Shown one piece after another: positions 49,308-62,465 of a stretch of 64,000 bases of DNA. A program made the translations under genes and the position numbers. Each line of letters starts with the position of its first letter. The first letter of the stretch is position 1. Location: positions 99,760,001 to 99,824,000 of the forward strand of contig NC_086108.1 of NCBI RefSeq assembly GCF_963921235.1, read 5' to 3'. Origin of the DNA: Mobula hypostoma (Eukaryota). Below the pieces are notes generated by a model. That model searched no databases, was not told where the DNA came from, and saw only the letters and a program-made list of their open reading frames with translations.

Positions 49308-50208
49308 GAATCGGAATCAGAATCAGGTTTATTGTCACCGACAGGTGACGTGAAATTTGTTAACTTAGCAGCAGCAGTTCAATGCAATACATAATCTAGC
49401 AGAGAGAAAAAAATAATAAATAAAATAAAACTGATAATAATTATAAATAAACAAGTAAATCAGTTATGTATATTGAATAGATTTTTTTAAAAACATGCAA
49501 AAACAGAAATACTGTTTATTAAAAAAGAGTGAGGTAGTGCCCAAAGATGCAATGTCCATTTAGGAATTGGATCACAGAGGGGAAGAAGCTGTTCCTGAAT
49601 CGCTGAGTTTGTGCCTTCAGGCTTTTGTACCTACTACCTGATGGTAAAAGTGAGAAAAGGGCATGCCCTGTGTGCTGGAGGTACTTAAAAATGGACGCAC
49701 CTTTCTGAGGCACCACTCCCTTAAGATGCCCTGGGAACTTTGTAGGCTAGTGCCCAAGATGGAGCTGACTAGATTTACAACCTTCTGCAGCTTCTTTTGG
49801 TCCTGTGCAGTAGCCCCTCCATACTAGACAGTGATGCAGCCTGTCAGAATGCTCTCCACAGAGCAAGTATAGAAGTTTTTGGGTGTATTTGTTGACGTGC
49901 CAAAGCTCTTCAAACTCCTAATAAAGTATAGCCTCTGTCTTGCCTTCTTTAGAACTACAACCATATGTTAGGATATATGAGAGATCTTGACACCCAGGAA
50001 CTTGAAGCTGCTCACTCTCTCAACTTCTGATCTCTCTATGAGGATTGGTATGAGTTCCTTCATCTTACCCTTCCTGAAGTCCACAATCAGCTCTTTCATC
50101 TTACAGACATTGAGTGCCAGGTTGTTGCTGTGGCACCACTCCACTAGTTGGCATATCTCACTCCTGTACGCTCTCTCGTCACCACCTAAGATTCTACCAA
50201 CAATGGTT
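49308..50208 (-). mobile_element. Rex1/Babar-like LINE 3' portion
   Basis: WCHSNNLALNVCKMKELIVDFRK, FKFLGV and LPSGSRYKSLKAQTQRFRNSFFP; (CTGATT)n tail. Confidence 0.9.
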
Positions 50209-50446
50209 GGCATCAGGAATGAACAGGGTCCCTGGTGCTGGGAGGCATTAGCTCTTTGAACAACACCACTTTCATGTTGTTGGGATTAAAGAATGCAGCG
50301 ATGCAAAGTTAAATTTGCTACCCCTCTTTGCTTAGAGTCATAGAGAGAAACAGCATTGAAATAGGCCTTTTAGCACATCAAATCTTAACTAATCATCTAC
50401 CATCCATTTACGCTGGTACCATTTTTTGCTTCCCACATTCACATCA

Positions 50447-50569
50447 ATTCCCCCAGACAGAACCACTCACCTACACACTAGTGACAAATTCCCCCAGACA
50501 GAACCACTCACCTACACACTAGTGACAACTTCCCCCAGACAGTACCACTCACCTACACACTAGGGACAA
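50447..50569. repeat. 41-bp tandem repeat, three copies
   Basis: ATTCCCCCAGACAGAACCACTCACCTACACACTAGTGACAA x3, nearly identical, within a minus-strand SINE remnant. Confidence 0.95.
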
Positions 50570-50729
50570 TTTACAGCAGCCAATTAAACTATGAACCAGG
50601 ACACTTCTGGGAATAAACCGGACAACCCAGAAGACGCCCCTGAGGTCTCAGGGAGAACATGCAAACACCGTGCAGACAGCAGTGGAGGTCAGGAATGAAC
50701 AGAGTTATAAGAGCCACAAGGCAGGATCT

Positions 50730-51312
50730 TTACACGTTGTGTTTGCTGTGAGCCCATGTAGAGCTTTGGAACCAATTGCAAACCAATTGTCAGATCAGCT
50801 GGAAAGGTCACTCGATGCAGTCTACCGTGATTGCGGAACTTGTATGCTTCCAAGACAAAGAAATAGGCAGGAAAAATCATTGCAGACAATCCCCATCCTG
50901 CAAACTGCCTTTCCCAGCAGCTCCCTTCTGGAAAGTGCTCTAAGACTATTAAAGCAAAAATCTTCAAGTCATTTTAAAAGTTTCTTCCCCCAGGCAATTA
51001 ATCTGTTCAACCACTTTAGTTAGCCACCTCCCCACAATGCTCTATCTATTAACCCTGTCACTGCACTGCACTACAAATGCTTTTACCCACTTGTTATAAT
51101 GCTGTTTACTTTGTAAGTACATCCTGATATTTATGTATTTATGTATTTATGTACATTTTATTCCATATGCATACTTTAACCTCCAACTTGGTTTTTTATA
51201 ATTCTTCTTCAATGATGAACATTTTGTTTTTTCTTTTGCTGCATCTCATACTCTAACAAGCACACCACAGCAAATTCCAAATGCATATGATAAATAAATT
51301 TGATCCTTGATC
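50730..51312 (+). mobile_element. Rex1/Babar-like 3' fragment
   Basis: HFKSFFPQAINLFN C-terminus and (TTGATCC)n tail. Confidence 0.7.
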
Positions 51313-51466
51313 CTAGAGGTAGGGTAAACAAGTCGTCTTTTTAATGTGCTGTTGGGATGTCTACACCTCCAGCTGTACAGCATCCCTTCAATTTGCACCA
51401 AGATGTCTTCCTTGGTGTATTCCCCTAGGTACTGGAGTCAGACTTGACCCCACCTGTTGCAGAAGT

Positions 51467-51995
51467 ACTCATTGGTCACTTTATTAGGTACAGGTACACC
51501 TGCACATGGGCTCGTTAATGCAAATATCTAATCAGCAACTCAATAGATAAAAGCATGAGGTTCAATCATTGTTCAAATCAAACATCAGAATCTGGAAGAA
51601 ATGTGATCTAAGTTACTTTGACTGTGGAATGAATGATTATCGGTGCCAGACAGGTTGGTTTGAGTATCTCAGAAACTGCTGATCTGCGATTTTCACAGAC
51701 AATGGTCTCTAGCATTTACAAAGAATGGTGTGAAAACTAAACAACACCCAGTGGCAGTTCTGTGGGTGAAAACATCTTGTTAATGAGTGAGGTCAGAGGG
51801 AATGGCTATATTGGTTCAAGCTGACAGGAAGGTGACAGTAACTCAATAAGTTACAACAGTGGTATGCAGAAGAGCATCTCTGAATGCTCTATATGTTGAA
51901 CCTTGCAGCAGATGGATTACAGCAGAAGACAACTGACAGGCTTAGTGGCCACTTTATTAGGTATGTCCTGTTGCTAATGAAGTGGTAACCGAATG
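51467..51995 (+). mobile_element. Tc1-like internally deleted element
   Basis: Left end ACTCATTGGTCACTTTATTAGG and right end CTAATGAAGTGGTAACCGAATG; homologous to 29886 and 35160. Confidence 0.75.
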
Positions 51996-52180
51996 CATGA
52001 GGGTCTTGCACTAAAACCATATGCAATTTCTGATTCATTTCCGGAAGATTATCCAACAGTTGTTGGAGTGGGCTGACAAAATAATTAGATTTATTAAATT
52101 AATTTAACATCTCACCCTGCTGGGATTTAAAGCACAATTGTCCAATATCGTAAGCACTGCAGAGCCAATCAATACCTTAC

Positions 52181-52500
52181 CCACTAAACCCAGCTAACTA
52201 ACTCTGCCTCTAAACTCCTGAGATGAATGAGAGGGTAATTGTATCTGCTTATAAATTTCAGGCTTGGTGTTGATAATTGATTTTCTTTCTTTAAAGACTG
52301 GTTTAGATTTACGACAAGGTATGACACTTTGAAATGATATGTCTGATGTGGGAGGTACATTGTAGGCACAAAACTTTTATATCTGCTTTGAGTATTACTG
52401 TTTCCTAATTGGAGTTTTGGAAGGACAGGGTGTGTTTTCACTATCACACTCTAAACCTGAAAGTGTGGATAGTGGGAAGAAATAAGATTTTGCTGACTTT
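52181..52500. other. Non-TE-like module, copy B (paralog of 45577-45905)
   Basis: Same shared blocks as copy A; minus-strand donor GTGG|GTAAGG at 52181/52180. Confidence 0.6.
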
Positions 52501-53394
52501 CAAAGTACAAAGCTTCAAAATGCATTTATTATCAAAGAATGTATAAATTATACGAACTTGAGATTTGTTGGCTTAACAGGCAGTCGCAAAGCAAGGAAAT
52601 TGAAAGAACCCAATTTAAAAACAAGACCAACCACAAGTGCCCACAGACAAAGAGAGGGAAAAAAACACAAAACAAATCATATCAACAATAGAAGCAAGAA
52701 ACAACAACAGCATTCTGAAGTAGATTGAATCCTTAGATCAAAATCCCCGGAGCAGCCCAGTGTAGGCCCGAAGCCTTGGTATTCAGTTCATCATATTAGC
52801 AGGGCAAATCACCACAAAGTCGCAGACACAAAGCACAGCAGCCTGGAGCAGTCTCACACTTTACCATCATGGAGGGAGAAGACCCCAGGTTATCTGTTCC
52901 AGGCATTTAAATTTTCCAAGCCTCGCACTAGGACCTGGGCTCCGCCACTGGCGAATCGCTCTGGGCCTAGATTTTACTGCCAAAGGAGCCATTCTCGACC
53001 TTTCCAAGTTAGTTTGGCTCCCTAGAGGGATCCAAACTCATCTGATACTCGACACCGTGCCTTTCTAGTCTATATGGGCAGGCATTTAGATTGTCCAAAC
53101 CAGATTGTACCTCACATTAGTGTTAGACCTCGCCAAGGTGAGTCACTCTGGGCTTTGAACACACCCCCCAACGATTCGCTTTGGACTTGGATTTCACTGC
53201 CGAAGAAGCTGTTCTTGACCTTTCCAATTCAGCTCAGTGCTTAGAGGGATCCACCCTCGTACCTGGGTTAGTTGGTCGCGCAGTGGAACTCCTCTGTCCC
53301 ATCCTCTTCCCTCTGAATCATTTACTCCAACCAGCATAGCTCCAACTCCAAGTGCATCAAGTTTTACAATCTGTCATGGCAGCGTAGTGGCTAG

Positions 53395-53645
53395 TGTGAC
53401 TTTATTACAGCTCAGGGTATCAGAGTTCAGAGTTCAATTCCAGCGTCTTCTGTGAGAAAGTTTGTACGTTCTTCCCATGTGTGCTAGGGTTTCCTCTGGG
53501 TGCTCTGGTTTCCCCCCACAGTCCAAAGATGTCATTGTGATTAGGCTAGGGTTAAATAGGTGGGTTGCTGGGCAATGCGGCTCTTCGGGCTGGAAAGGTC
53601 TGTTCCACACTGTATCTCTAAATCAATTAAAAATAAATAAAATAA
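53395..53645 (+). mobile_element. tRNA-derived V-SINE/HE1-like SINE
   Basis: GTTCAATTCC B-box and TTTGTACGTTCTTCCC...CCACAGTCCAAAGA body. Confidence 0.8.
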
Positions 53646-53949
53646 TTCCTCTCCCTAACCTATTTACCTTTTCTTGGATCTAATTTATTGTTCAATGCCT
53701 TGGCTACTCTATACAGGGGCTCACAGAGTCATACAGTGTACAGCACAGAAGCAGCCCTTCAGCCCATCACATTCATGCTGATTAATTTGCCCCTCTATGC
53801 TAATCTCATTTGAAATCATTAGGATGATTTCCTTCTCTGCCTTTCTTATTTAATTGTTTCTCTAAGTGTCTCTAAAACATAGCGAATGTGTCTGATTCCA
53901 CCATAGGAACTGGTGGCAGGGCCGCATAAGTGGAGGCACATTAGCATGC

Positions 53950-54285
53950 AAGGCGGCAATAGTAGTGTTGTGGTTTGCACGATTGCTTTCCAATGCCAGC
54001 GATCACTGATCGGGATTTGATTCCCACTGGTAACTGACAGGGGATTCTACGTTCTCCCTGTGACCACGTGGGTTTCCTCCAGGTGCTCTGGTTTCCTCCC
54101 ATATTCCAAAGACATATGGTTAGTGATAGTGAGTTAAGGACATATTATTCTAGTGCCAGAGGTGTGGCGACACTTGCGAGCTGCCCCCAGCACAATCTTC
54201 GGTCTACGTTGATTGTTGACACAAATCAATGCATCTTTCAGTGTTTCAATGTACTATATACGCATCACATAAGTAAAGCTAATTT
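53950..54285 (+). mobile_element. tRNA-derived V-SINE-like SINE
   Basis: CGTTCTCCCTGTGACCACGTGGGTTTCCTCCAGGTGCTCTGGTTTCCTCCC. Confidence 0.75.
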
Positions 54286-54426
54286 TTCATCATCAAGCCC
54301 TCTGGCAGCACATTCCGGACGTCAACTGCTCTCTGTGTTTTAAAATCAGAATCAGGTTTAATATCTTTGGCACATGTCATGAAACTTGTTGTTTTGTGGC
54401 AGCAGTACATTGCAATACAGTATAAT

Positions 54427-54838
54427 GTCTGTCTGTCTAGGTACCATATCCGATGCAGACTTTGATGACCATGGTTTTCCATATAGATCTATCCTTCGTT
54501 TTTTGGATGACTTCCATTTCCTCGATGTGTAGCCACCTGGCTATGCTTTTGATGTACATAAGCCGAGGTCCTCCTCTAGGTTTGCTCCCCTCAATCTTTC
54601 CAGAGAGTATGAGTTTTTCTAGTTCATATTTCCCCATGATGTGTCCTAGGAATCTGAGTTGTCTTTCTCTTATTGTTGGTATGAGTGATCGAACTGCTTG
54701 GGCTCGTCTGAGAACTTCTTCATTTGATGGGTGTTTGTGGTCCATGATATTTTTAACATTCTCCTGTAGAACCATAATTCAGCTGCTTCTAGTCTCTTTT
54801 CCATTGCTGGAGAAATGGTCCAGCATTCACTTCTGTGA
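54427..54838 (-). mobile_element. RTE-clade LINE 3' fragment nested in a Rex1-type 3' region (54345-55300)
   Basis: SNEEVLRRA...IRERQLRFLGHIM...LEKLILSGKIEGSKPRG is an RTE ORF C-terminus. Confidence 0.85.
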
Positions 54839-57304
54839 GTCAGGATAGAATAAATGTAGCAATAAAATCTATAAATTACAATAAGAAGTGTATATATATA
54901 TAAAAATTAAATAGGTAGTGCAAAAAGAGATTGAAAATGCTAAGGAAGTGTTCATTGTCCATTGCGAAATCTGATTGTGGAGGGGAAGAATCTGGTCCTG
55001 AAGCATTGAGTGTGTGTCTTCAGGCTCCTGTGCCTCCTTTTTGATGGTAGCAATGAGAAGAGGGCATGTCCTGGGCGATGGGGGGGGGGGGGTCCTTAAA
55101 GGACCCATGATGGAGGTGGCTGAGTTTGCAAATTCCTGCAGCTTTTTCCTAAACTGAGCGGTGGCCCCTCCATATCAGACAGTTATGCAACCAGTGAGAT
55201 TGCACTTCATGTTACATCTGTAGAAATTTGTGGGTGTCTTTGATGGCAAACCAAATTTCCTCAAACCCCCAATAAAATATAACCGTTGGTGTGATTTCCT
55301 CCTTAAAACTTTTGTTATCATTATTAAAGCTCCTTCTCCTTAGATCATGCCTCCATCTGCACTTTCTCAGTAAATTCACACTTTGTTCTGCATTGTTATT
55401 ATTTTACCTTGTTCTGCCTCAATGCACTGTGTAATGACTTCGTCTGTGCGAACAATATGCAAGATAAGCGTTTAATGTTATCTCGAAACATGTGAGAATA
55501 ATTAAAGTAAATTATTAAAACTAGAACAGTTACTATCCCTGAACCATCAGGCTCTTGAATAAAATGGAATAACTGCATTCACTTGCCCTATCATTGAAAT
55601 GTTCCCACAACCAACGATCTCATTTAAAGACTCTATCTCATTATTTCACTTTCCTGTTATTTATTGCTATTTATTTATATTTGCATTTGCACTGTTTGTT
55701 GTCTTCTACACTCTGGTTGATCTTTCATTGATCCTGTTATAATCACTATTCTATAGATTTTCTGGGTATGTCTGCAGGAAAATGAATCTCACGTTGTATA
55801 TGGTAACATACAGTATATGTACTTTGATAAATTTACTTTGAACTTTAAAATTAAATGAAATAATTAAAAACAATGCATTCATGTTTTATACCTCTACCAG
55901 GGGACAAAGATTTTGACTGTCTACCCTATGTGTCTCTCATAAACTTACATACTTCTATCAAGTCATCCCTGAGGGACCTCTTCTCCAGGGAAAGCAAGTA
56001 CAGCCTATCAAATCATTGAAGTCCTCTAACCCAGGCAACATCCTGTGAAAATTCTTTTGCACTCTCTCTTTCCTATACTCTGATGACAGGGATTGCACAC
56101 AATACTCCAACTGTGGCCTAACTGACAGTAAGCTCTTCAAACATGAATAAATAAATTAAATTCTATTGTATACTTTACTGCATGGGCCACTGGGCAGAAT
56201 ATATGCCTTGATAGCCTAACGGTATTCAGAGCAGTTGTATGTACCTTAAGCAAGGAATTGGTTTTGACTAGCCAATCCAAGGAGACTTGGAAGCATTGGT
56301 ATTATGCTGTGAATTAAAAGCACAAAATGTCACATCTGTGGAAAGAAAAGGAGAATTCTAGAATTAATATTTTGGAAATCAGAACTGAGAAAGGAGAAAA
56401 ACCAGGTGCAGAGGAGGAGAAGAGTGGAGGAGACAGCGAAAGAGAAAACCTATGACAGATTAGGAAGAGGAACAATTATTTCCATTTAATCAGTATTGAA
56501 GGGAAATAGACTGACTCATGTTCTGACAGTTTGGAGTTTCCATGTCAGCTTGCCAGATCAACCAGGAGAACGTAGGCTTGACAAACACATATCATAGCTG
56601 CAATTTACCAGCAAGGGTCTAGCAAACTTTAGTTGAACAATCGGTCCCAACGTACATCTCTCCTTCTCAAAGCAATAAATACTGGCTTTGACAGTGATAA
56701 ATGTAAAATACTAAAAGTGTGAAGGCACTGAAAATGTGCCTTGATTGTATGAAAATCTGGAATAGTATTGATTATCTGGAAATGTTGATCTCAGTGTGAG
56801 TAACTTGCCCACACAGAAGAATGATTTGAATAAAAACTAGAACATAGAACATGGAATATTACAGCACAGTACAGGCCCTTTGGCCCATGATGTTGTGCTA
56901 ACCCACTACCCTACTCTTCTCCACGGTCAATCTAACTCTTCCCTCCTAAATAGCCCATAATCCTTGACTTTTCTTTCATTCATCTGCTTATCTAAAGAGT
57001 CTCTTAAATGTCCCTGTTTTATCAGCCTCTCAGTTATTTCTCTATTTCTCTTATGTATTTTTATGTAATTTATAGTCCATGTTCTGTATTGTACTTCAGT
57101 GCTGCCACAAATCAACAAATGTCAGTGATAATAAACCTGATTCTGATTCTGAAGTGGGATATGAAACTTCGAGCAGGCCGGTGATTGAAATATTGTGTGC
57201 TTTCTCCAGTGCTCTTCAGCTGTTGAACCCTTCGAGCTTCCATAAAGCCAGAAGGCTTCGGAAGTACCTGGCTGGTCAGGCAGTCTCCATACAGAGAGAG
57301 GGGG

Positions 57305-57336
<32 letters not shown>

Positions 57337-57393
57337 GGGTGGGGGTGGAGCGGAGAGGGGAAGAGAGAGAGAGTGAACCAGCATTAACTTAGC

Positions 57394-57435
57394 AGGTCAA
57401 TGACCTTTCTGTGTGCTGCTGGCTGCATGACCTTG
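57394..57435. promoter_or_regulatory. Perfect IR-1 nuclear-receptor element (FXR/RXR type) plus an extra extended half-site
   Basis: AGGTCA-A-TGACCT at 57394-57406 and TGACCTTG at 57428-57435, in unique sequence. Confidence 0.45.
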
Positions 57436-58244
57436 CAATAGATCATTACAATAATGCACTCTGAAAATGATGAAGTATGGTATTACTTAAAGAAAGTCAA
57501 TAGCACTATTCTGGGAACCTGCCATTAGATGATGATAATCTTAATGGGGATTTTTAAAGACTGTTACCATTTTAGCACCATCAAAAATTTGAAAAGGAAT
57601 TTCTAGATTCTGTGGTGTCCAACCCCATACCTACATTTGGAAAGGTATCTCTACGCTGGGTTTAGGGTAGTAGAAACCCACTCTGCACATTAGTCACCGT
57701 GCAACAGTCCCACCCTAGGACCACAGTATCTGAGATCATGTCTGAATGAGGGCAACTTCCAAAAGAATTCAGAAGGATGGTGACTCTTGCAAGAGTCAGT
57801 GTCCAAAGGAAATGATTATAGTGGATTTTAATCACATTACCTCAAATGCCGTACAAAATTAATTACAAAATAAATGGAGGGATCAATATACATTTCTTTT
57901 ACAATCGCATATTGAAGACTAGGCTTTCACTCAATCAATTCACCTTCTGAAAGGAAATATGCAGATCGCAAGGATCGTATGGCAGACTTGTGACTATCCA
58001 TTGAAGTAGCTGTTTAATTAATCCCTCTCCCTCCCCCCCCCATCCTCTTTCTTCACAACCCTGCAGACGTCCCCATTTTTATTCAGTTCATTGTGTTGTG
58101 GAGCCTGCTTCAGCCACTAGTTCAAGCAAGTGCATTCTCAATCATTGTGAATCCAGCGGAAAAATTAATCCTCTTCTGGCTCCTTAAGAAGTGATCATAT
58201 ATCTAAAGCCTCTGGTTACTGATACTCCACCTAACACAACAGTT

Positions 58245-58900
58245 TAGACCATAAGATATAGGTGCGGAATTAAGTCAGTTGATCAAGGCTGATCCATCTT
58301 CCCTCTCAGCCCCAGTCTCATACTTTCTCCTCATATTCCTTCATGCCATGACTGGTTAAGAATCTATCAACCTCTGAAACATAGAACATCGAACACCTAC
58401 AGCACAATACAGGCCCTTCGGCCCACAAAGCTGTGCCGAACATGTCCTTACCTAAGAACTACCTAGGCTTATTACCATAGCCCTCTATTTTTCTAAGCTC
58501 CGTGTATCCATCCAGAAGTCTCTTAAAATACCTTATCATGTTCACCTCCACCACCGCCGCCGGCAGCCCATTCCACGCACTCACCACTCCGCATAAAAAA
58601 CGTACCCCTCTACCTTAAATATACCCAATGACTTGGTCACCACAGTTGCCTGTGCAATGAATTCCACAGATTTACCACTCATGACTAAACTAAAGAAATA
58701 CCTCCTCATTTCTATTCTGAAAGTGTGTCCCACTATCCCTAGGCTGTGTCTTAGACTCTCCCACCATAAGAAACACCCTTTCTCTGTTGAGGGCCTTTTA
58801 ATATTCAATATGAGGTTACCCCTCTTTCTTCTGAATTCCAGCTAGTAGAGGCCCAGAGCCATCAAATGCTCCTCACATGGCAGACCTTTAAATCCCAGAA
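58245..58900 (-). mobile_element. Old CR1 3' fragment with a younger CR1 3' end nested at about 58376-58610
   Basis: CR1 tails at 58245 and 58376; the inner piece matches 36416-36640. Confidence 0.75.
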
Positions 58901-59627
58901 TCAGTTTCTCACAATCTATCTCTCAAAACCTCACACTAGATCATACAGCTGCAGTTATTTGTGTCACAGTCAGGCATGCATGCCTCTTAAAACGAGTTCC
59001 ACTCCAACAGGTCAAGTGTTGATGATATATTGGGCAGCTCCCAATGACGCACGCCTTGTTATTGTTCATTGTGACACCCAGATGGTCTTGGCTCATTCTG
59101 TTGAGTATAATGTTAAATTGAGACGGATATCATATCACAGGCAGAAAGAGAGCGTTGTGGTACTGCTCTCACTTTACAGTGTTAGTTAACAAATGGTATG
59201 TATTCTGAAATATATTCTTTTCATGTTAAAAGTTTACAAGAATGGAAATGTGATTGGTAGGTTGGTGGACTTGACAGTGTGAATTGGGACACTAAGTTGA
59301 AGCACTGAGTGGAGGCATTGAGTTCAAAAGTCAAGAGGCTAAGTTGCAACGTTATAAAACTCTGGTTAGGCCACATCTGGAGTATTGCGCCCAGTTCTAG
59401 TTGCTCCACTCTCGGAAGGATGTTGGGCCATTGGAGAGGGTGCAGAAGAGGTTTACCAGGATGGTTTAGAGGGTATATGCTATTATAAGAGGCTGGATAA
59501 ACTTGGGTTGTTTTCTCTGGAACGTCGGAGGCAGAGGGGAGATCTGATGTAGAGGCTTAGAAGATTATGAGATAGAGTGGAGAGAGAGTGTCTGTTTCCC
59601 AGGGTTGAAATGTCTGATACAAGAGGA

Positions 59628-62465
59628 CATAGAAATATAGAAACATAGAAAATAAGTGCAAGAGTAGGCCATTCAGCCCTTCGAGCCTGCACCGCCATTC
59701 AGTACGATCATGGCTGATCATCCAACTCAGAACCCTGTACCAGCCTTCCCTCCATACCCCCGATCCCTTTAGCCACAAGGGCCATATCTAACTCCCTCTT
59801 AAATATAGCCAATGAACTAGCCTCAACTGTTTCCTGTGGCAGAGAATTCCACAGATTCACCACTCTCTGTGTGAAGAAGTTTTCCTAATCTCGGTCCTAA
59901 AAGGCTTCCCCTTTATCCTCAAACTGTGGCCCCTCGTTCTGGACTTCCCCAACATCGGGAACAATCTTCCTGCATCCAGCCTGTCCAATCCCTTTAGGAT
60001 TTTATACGTTTCCATCAGATCCCCCCTCAATCTTCTAAATTCCAACAAGTATAAGCCTAGTTCATCCAGTCTCTCATCATATGAAAGTCCTGCCATCCCA
60101 GGAACCAATCTGGTGAACCTTCTTCGTACTCCCTCTATGGCAAGGATGTCTTTCCTCAGATTAGGGGACCAAAACTACACACAATACTCCAGGTGTGGTC
60201 TCACCAAGGCTTTGTACAACTGCATTAGTACATCCCTGCTCCTGATCTCAAATCCTCTTGCTATAAATGCCAGCATACCATTCACCTTTTTCACCGCCTG
60301 CTGTACCTGCATGCCCACTTTCAATGACTGGTGTATAATGACACCCAGGTCTCGTTGCACCTCCCCTTTTCCTAATCGGCTATCATTCAGATAATAATAT
60401 GTTTTCCTGTTTTTGCCACCAAAGTGGATAACTTCACATTTATCCACATTAAATTGCATCTGCCATGAATTTGCCCACTCACCTAACCTATCCAAGTCAC
60501 CCTGCATCCTCTTAGCATCCTCCTCACAGCTAACACTGCTGCCCAGCTTCGTGTCATCTGCAAACTTGGAGATGTTGCATTTAATTCCCTTGTCCAAGTC
60601 ATTAACATATATTGTAAACAACTGGGGTCCCAGCACTGAGCCTTGCGGTACCCCACTAGTCACTGCCTGCCATTCTGAAAAGATCCCATTTATTCCCACT
60701 CTTTGCTTCCTGTCTGCCAACCAATTCTCTATCCACATCAATACCTTACCCCCAATACCGTGTGCTTTAAGTTTGCACACTAATCTCCTGTGTGGGACCT
60801 TGTCAAAAGCCTTTTGAAAATCCAAATATACCATATCCACTCGTTCTCCCCTATCCACTCTACTAGTTACATCGTCAAAAAATTCTGAGATTCACCAGAC
60901 ATGATTTTCCTTTCACAAATCCATGCTGACTTTGTCCGATGATTTCACCGCTTTCCAAATGTGCTGTTATCACATCTTTGATAACTGACTCTAGCAGTTT
61001 CCCCACCACTGATGTTAGGCTAACCAGTCTATAATTCCCTGGTTTCTCTCTCCCTCCTTTTTTAAAAAGTGGGGTTACATTAGCCACCTTCCAATCCTCA
61101 GGAACTAGTCCAGAATCTAAAGAGTTTTGAAAAATTATCACTAATGCATCCACTATTTCTTGGGCTACTTCCTTAAGCACTCTGGGATGCAGACCATCTG
61201 GCCCTGGGGATTTATCCGCCTTTAATCCCTTCAATTTACCCAACACCACTTCCCTACTAACATGTATTTCCCTCAGTTCCTCCATCTCACTGGACCCTCT
61301 GTCCCCTACTATTTCCGGAAGGTTATTTATGTCCTCCTTAGTGAAGACAGAACCAAAGTAATTATTCAATTGGTCTGCCATGTCCTTGCTCCCCATAATC
61401 AATTCACCTGTTTCTGTCTGTAGGGGACCTACATTTTTCTTAACCAATCATTTTCTTTTCACATATCTGTAAAAGCTTTTACAGTCAGTTTTTATGTTCC
61501 CTGCCAGTTTTCTCTCATAATCTTTTTTCCCCTTCCTAATTAAGCCCTTTGTTCTCCTCTGCTGAACTCTGAATGTCTCCCAGTCCTCAGGTGAGCCACT
61601 TTTTCTGGCTAATTTGTATACTTCTTCTTTGGAATTGATACTATCCCTAATTTCCCTTGTCAGCCACGGGTGCACTACCTTCCTTGATTTATTCTTTTGC
61701 CAAACTGGGATGAACAATTGTTGTAGTTCATCCATGCAATCTTTAAATGCTTGCCATTGCATATCCACTGTCAACCCTTTAAGTGTCATTTGCCAGTCTA
61801 TCTTAGCTAATTCACGTCTCATACCTTCAAAGTTACCCTTCTTTAAGTTCAGAACCTTTGTTTCTGAATTAACTATGTCACTCTCCATCTTAATGAAGAA
61901 TTCCACCATATTATGGTCACTCTTACCCAAGGGGCCTCTCACGACAAGATTGCTAATTAACCCTTCCTCATTGCTCAATACCCAGTCTAGAATAGCCTGC
62001 TCTCTAGTTGGTTCCTCGATATGTTGGTTCAAAAAACCATCCCGCATACATTCCAAGAAATCCTCTTCCTCAGCACCCTTACCAATTTGGTTCACCCAAT
62101 CTACATGTAGATTGAAGTCACCCATTATAACTGCTGTTCCTTTATTGCACACATTTCTAATTTCCTGTTTAATACCATCCCCAACCTCACTACTACTGTT
62201 AGGTGGCCTGTACACAACTCCCACCAGTGTTTTCTGCCCCTTAGTGTTATGCAGCTCTACCCATATCGATTCCACATCCTCCCGGCTTATGTCCTTCCTT
62301 TCTATTGCGTTAATCTCCTCTCTAACCAGCAATGCCACCCCACCTCCTTTTCTTTCATGTCTATCCCTCCTGAATATTGAATATCCCTGAATGTTGAGCT
62401 CCCATCCTTGATCATCCTGGAGCCATGTCTCTGTGATCCCAACTATATCATAATCATTAATAGCA
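59628..62465 (-). mobile_element. Young CR1 LINE (most of APE plus RT and 3'UTR), 5'-truncated, inserted in an older plus-strand CR1 (59210-59627 and 62466-62760)
   Basis: ORFs 61448..62491 (GITETWL, YRPPN, MGDFN, SDHN), 60875..61447, 60175..60858 ([16 protein letters not shown]) and 59857..60108. (TTTCTATG)n tail. Confidence 0.95.

Noticed and set aside
50447..50569. Repeat array as CRISPR
   Set aside because: The context is eukaryotic and the units are contiguous with no unique spacers.
45577..52500. Duplicated module as Ig/TCR segments, miRNAs or snoRNAs
   Set aside because: No heptamer/nonamer RSS, no FGxG/WGxG motif, no shared open frame, no recognisable mature miRNA and no clear C/D box pair.
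61614..62390. 258-aa plus-strand ORF, and similar antisense ORFs at 60413, 47912, 23993 and 22656
   Set aside because: These are shadow frames opposite CR1 ORF2, with no independent protein signature.
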